From assembly GCA_050298055.1 (NCBI GenBank), contig JBNKTL010000031.1:1-39647 (forward strand): a DNA stretch of 39,647 nt, in the 5' to 3' direction. The notes under the pieces were generated by a model. That model did not search any database. It had not been told where the DNA came from and saw only the letters and a program-made list of their open reading frames with translations. The translations under genes were made by a program, and so were the position numbers. Positions 37,294 to 39,647 of the stretch are shown here, piece by piece (within the stretch, counting starts at the first letter, position 1; the number at the start of each line of letters is the position of its first letter). The DNA comes from Spirochaetota bacterium. Its GTDB lineage: Bacteria > Spirochaetota > UBA4802 > UBA5550.

Positions 37294-39015
37294 TCATCTC
37301 GCCTGCTTTGTTATCCCTTCATCTAATATTTTTTTGGATATTGCTAATATCTCCTTAGCATCATAACCGCATTCATGCACCAGCCATGCGCCGTATTCAG
37401 CCATTCCCATCAACAAATGTGCAGTTCCATAACAATCAAATTTTTTATTGATAATCCCTGCTTTTTGCATATTTTCAAGATCATGTGCAATTGGCGTGAT
37501 GATTTTATTCAAGACATCCTTGAATTTTTCTTTTATCAATTCATTGTCAGTAACTGTGGCTGAGTAGCGGATGAGATTCATCATCTCTGCCCATTTAGGG
37601 TACGATTGGATGAAAGCATCTCCACGTTTAATGATTCGTTTTCTCAAATCACGTTCATCTTTAATTTCATGCCATACATGATTATACATCTGATTCATTG
37701 CTAAGTCTGCGCTGTTTATGAATAATTCGTCCTTGTTTTTAAAGTATGCATAAAAAGTGCCTTTGCCAATTTTTGCTCTGTTTACGATATCATCAATACT
37801 TGTATCTCTAAGTCCTTTTTCAATAAAAAGATCAATAGCGGCAGCCATTATACTATGTTGTTTCTTACTGGAGGCGACTATTGCATCGGCAGGTACTTTT
37901 TTGACGGGTAACTGTTTGAGATTTTTCTTTATTGATGAGAGTGACTGTCCTTCTTCTGTTTGAAGCATCTTTATTAATTTTAATCTGTTCAGGTGATCAT
38001 CGGTATAAACTGCCGATTTTGTTGAAGCTATTATCGGCTGGGGGAGTAAATGCTGGTTTATATAATACCTGATAGTGGTTGCGGGAGTAGATGCTTTTTT
38101 TGAAAGTTCTGACATTTTATAATAATTGGTAACATTATCTACAGGGGCAGTTTTGGGATTGCTTTGCGCATATTGATGGTTGATTGTGCCCGGTTTAAAA
38201 CCATGCACAAAGAGGTCAATTGAGGTTTCAATGAATTTGGTTTTTTCCGATTTTGTTTTACCTTTTAAATAATAAGTACCATATTCAGCGGATCCGATGA
38301 GCAAATGGGATATAATGAACGTATCAATTTTTTTGAATTTACCCTGATTAATGCCAGTCTCCAGGTCGTCAGTGACTGGTTTGGCCAGGTTGGATATGAG
38401 TAACTTTGTTCTCGCTTTATTGTGTGGCATGGCTGCCGGGGATATCCCGCGAGCAATATTAAGCATGTCGATAAAACGTCTGCTGACTGTTATAAAAAGT
38501 AAAGCTCGAAGTTTAATCCTTTGAATAGGATTTGAATCCTGTATGATTTGATCTGAATTATTGACAATGTCTGAACATACCTGGTCGGCGCAGTCAAAAA
38601 AAAGGTCTTCTTTATTGGAATAGTATTTATAGAAGGTATTATTGCTGATACCTGCCTTTTCGGTTATATCCCTTATGCTGATAGAGTCATATGCCTTGCT
38701 CCTGAACATATCAATTGCTGACAATTTAATATCCTGCTTCCTGTCTGACTGGGCGGGCAAAATTGATTTGTTTCCATCGCTTATGGCGGGGGAGTATTCG
38801 ACAATATTTTTTATTTCAACAAGTGATAATTTTCCCTTGCCCTGAAGTTTTTTAATGTTCTTCAATTGCATAATATGTTCTTTGTTGTAGTATGCCCGCG
38901 TCTTCCCTTTTTTGAGGGGTGGTGTGATTAATCCTTCCCTCAGGTAGAACCTGATAGTCGTAGGGGGTATTCCTGAAATGCTGGAAAGTTCGGAAATCGT
39001 TATATTATCTTTCAT
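37294..39015 (-). CDS. Tandem MerR-TetR-MerR-TetR transcriptional regulator
   Basis: Two MerR HTHs (ISELSSISGIPPTTIRFY; MSELSKKASTPATTIRYY) and two TetR HTHs (ISIRDITEKAGISNNTFYKYYSNKEDLF; TSIDDIVNRAKIGKGTFYAYFKNKDELF), each followed by a ligand domain. Confidence 0.88.
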   Translation of the reverse strand: MKDNITISELSSISGIPPTTIRFYLREGLITPPLKKGKTRAYYNKEHIMQLKNIKKLQGKGKLSLVEIKNIVEYSPAISDGNKSILPAQSDRKQDIKLSAIDMFRSKAYDSISIRDITEKAGISNNTFYKYYSNKEDLFFDCADQVCSDIVNNSDQIIQDSNPIQRIKLRALLFITVSRRFIDMLNIARGISPAAMPHNKARTKLLISNLAKPVTDDLETGINQGKFKKIDTFIISHLLIGSAEYGTYYLKGKTKSEKTKFIETSIDLFVHGFKPGTINHQYAQSNPKTAPVDNVTNYYKMSELSKKASTPATTIRYYINQHLLPQPIIASTKSAVYTDDHLNRLKLIKMLQTEEGQSLSSIKKNLKQLPVKKVPADAIVASSKKQHSIMAAAIDLFIEKGLRDTSIDDIVNRAKIGKGTFYAYFKNKDELFINSADLAMNQMYNHVWHEIKDERDLRKRIIKRGDAFIQSYPKWAEMMNLIRYSATVTDNELIKEKFKDVLNKIITPIAHDLENMQKAGIINKKFDCYGTAHLLMGMAEYGAWLVHECGYDAKEILAISKKILDEGITKQAR

Positions 39016-39263
39016 AAAAACACTCTTTAATTTATTAATAACCAGTTTTCAATATGTTGATAATCCTTTATTATGATCAAATTATTACAAAATGTATAAT
39101 GAGGGATAATGCTTTCAAGTCAATAAATAATAAATGAGAAATATTTTGAAAATAAATTGAATAAATCAGGTTCAAATTCCTGTTGTATGGATTCCCTCTG
39201 GTTGCAACGGTGTTAGTATATTAGTGAAAGACTTCGTTTAATATTGAGTATTTCTTACCCTTA

Positions 39264-39503
39264 TACCCGCTAATACTTCCAACTGTTACGAGTCACTCAA
39301 TAGTTACTTCGTTTACTCCCAGGAGTAATGTATCTCTGTGTGTATTTCAATGGGTATTGGTAAAGGATCAGGTATGGATAATTCTCATAAATCTGAAAAA
39401 TACCAAAAATTCAATAAAAAAGCTTGACACTATAAAACGATAATTAGTAGTATTATATTATATATGATTGCTTGGTTAATATGTCAAGTAAATAATTTAT
39501 TAC
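39264..39503 (-). promoter_or_regulatory. Repeated module, copy 7 (inverted), between the MerR-TetR gene and the thiolase
   Basis: Minus strand: TTGACA 39487-39482, TATAAT 39457-39452, ATTATCGTTTTATAGT 39444-39429, ATCCATACCT, ATTACTCCTGGGAG 39329-39316, GCGGGTA. Plus strand: TTGACA 39424-39429, N18, TAGTAT toward the thiolase. Confidence 0.85.
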
Positions 39504-39528
39504 TAAATCATCATAGGGGAAAGAGATC

Positions 39529-39647
39529 ATGAGCAGCGAAAAAATAGCAATAATTGGTATTGGCGAAGTCCCTACGGCGACTATGCCGGAGCGGACACGA
39601 TGGGATATTCTTTATGAGGTGTGCATGCAGGCGGTGCGGGACTCGGG
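39529..39647 (+). CDS. Thiolase family protein (SCP2/Ltp-type), 3'-partial
   Basis: MSSEKIAIIGIGEVPTATMPERTRWDILYEVCMQAVRDS; AIIGIG and A-x-D-S/A fit a thiolase N-terminus. AGGGG RBS. Runs off the window. Confidence 0.7.
   Translation, partial: MSSEKIAIIGIGEVPTATMPERTRWDILYEVCMQAVRDS

Overview
Bacterial accessory metabolic region, apparently from an anaerobe (a spirochaete-like origin is only a guess from the MCP, START and cyclase genes). I see no rRNA, tRNA, CRISPR array, transposase or integrase. It encodes acyl-CoA enzymes (acyl-CoA dehydrogenase, AbfD-type dehydratase, acetoacetate-CoA ligase, an orphan class I HMG-CoA reductase, the start of a thiolase), two Fe-S flavin ene-reductase paralogs, lipolytic hydrolases and four regulators (IclR, KstR2-like TetR, Crp/Fnr, tandem MerR-TetR-MerR-TetR). 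A cobalamin methyl-transfer system is split over two loci: UroD/MtaA-family MT1 x2, corrinoid protein, AcsE-like MT2 and a stand-alone MetH activation domain, with an acetylene-hydratase-family Mo/W enzyme embedded. The main feature missed by the ORF track is a dispersed non-coding module of about 200-300 bp in seven copies (one partial, one inverted). Its architecture is fixed: TTGACA-N24/25-TATAAT-N7-ATTATCGTTCTATAGT plus a conserved leader. It heads most catabolic units and overlaps the TetR gene's own promoter, which suggests a regulon built by promoter-cassette duplication. Five gene relics sit at cassette junctions (SAM methyltransferase, SGNH hydrolase, corrinoid protein, MCP, third ene-reductase), indicating repeated local duplication and deletion.
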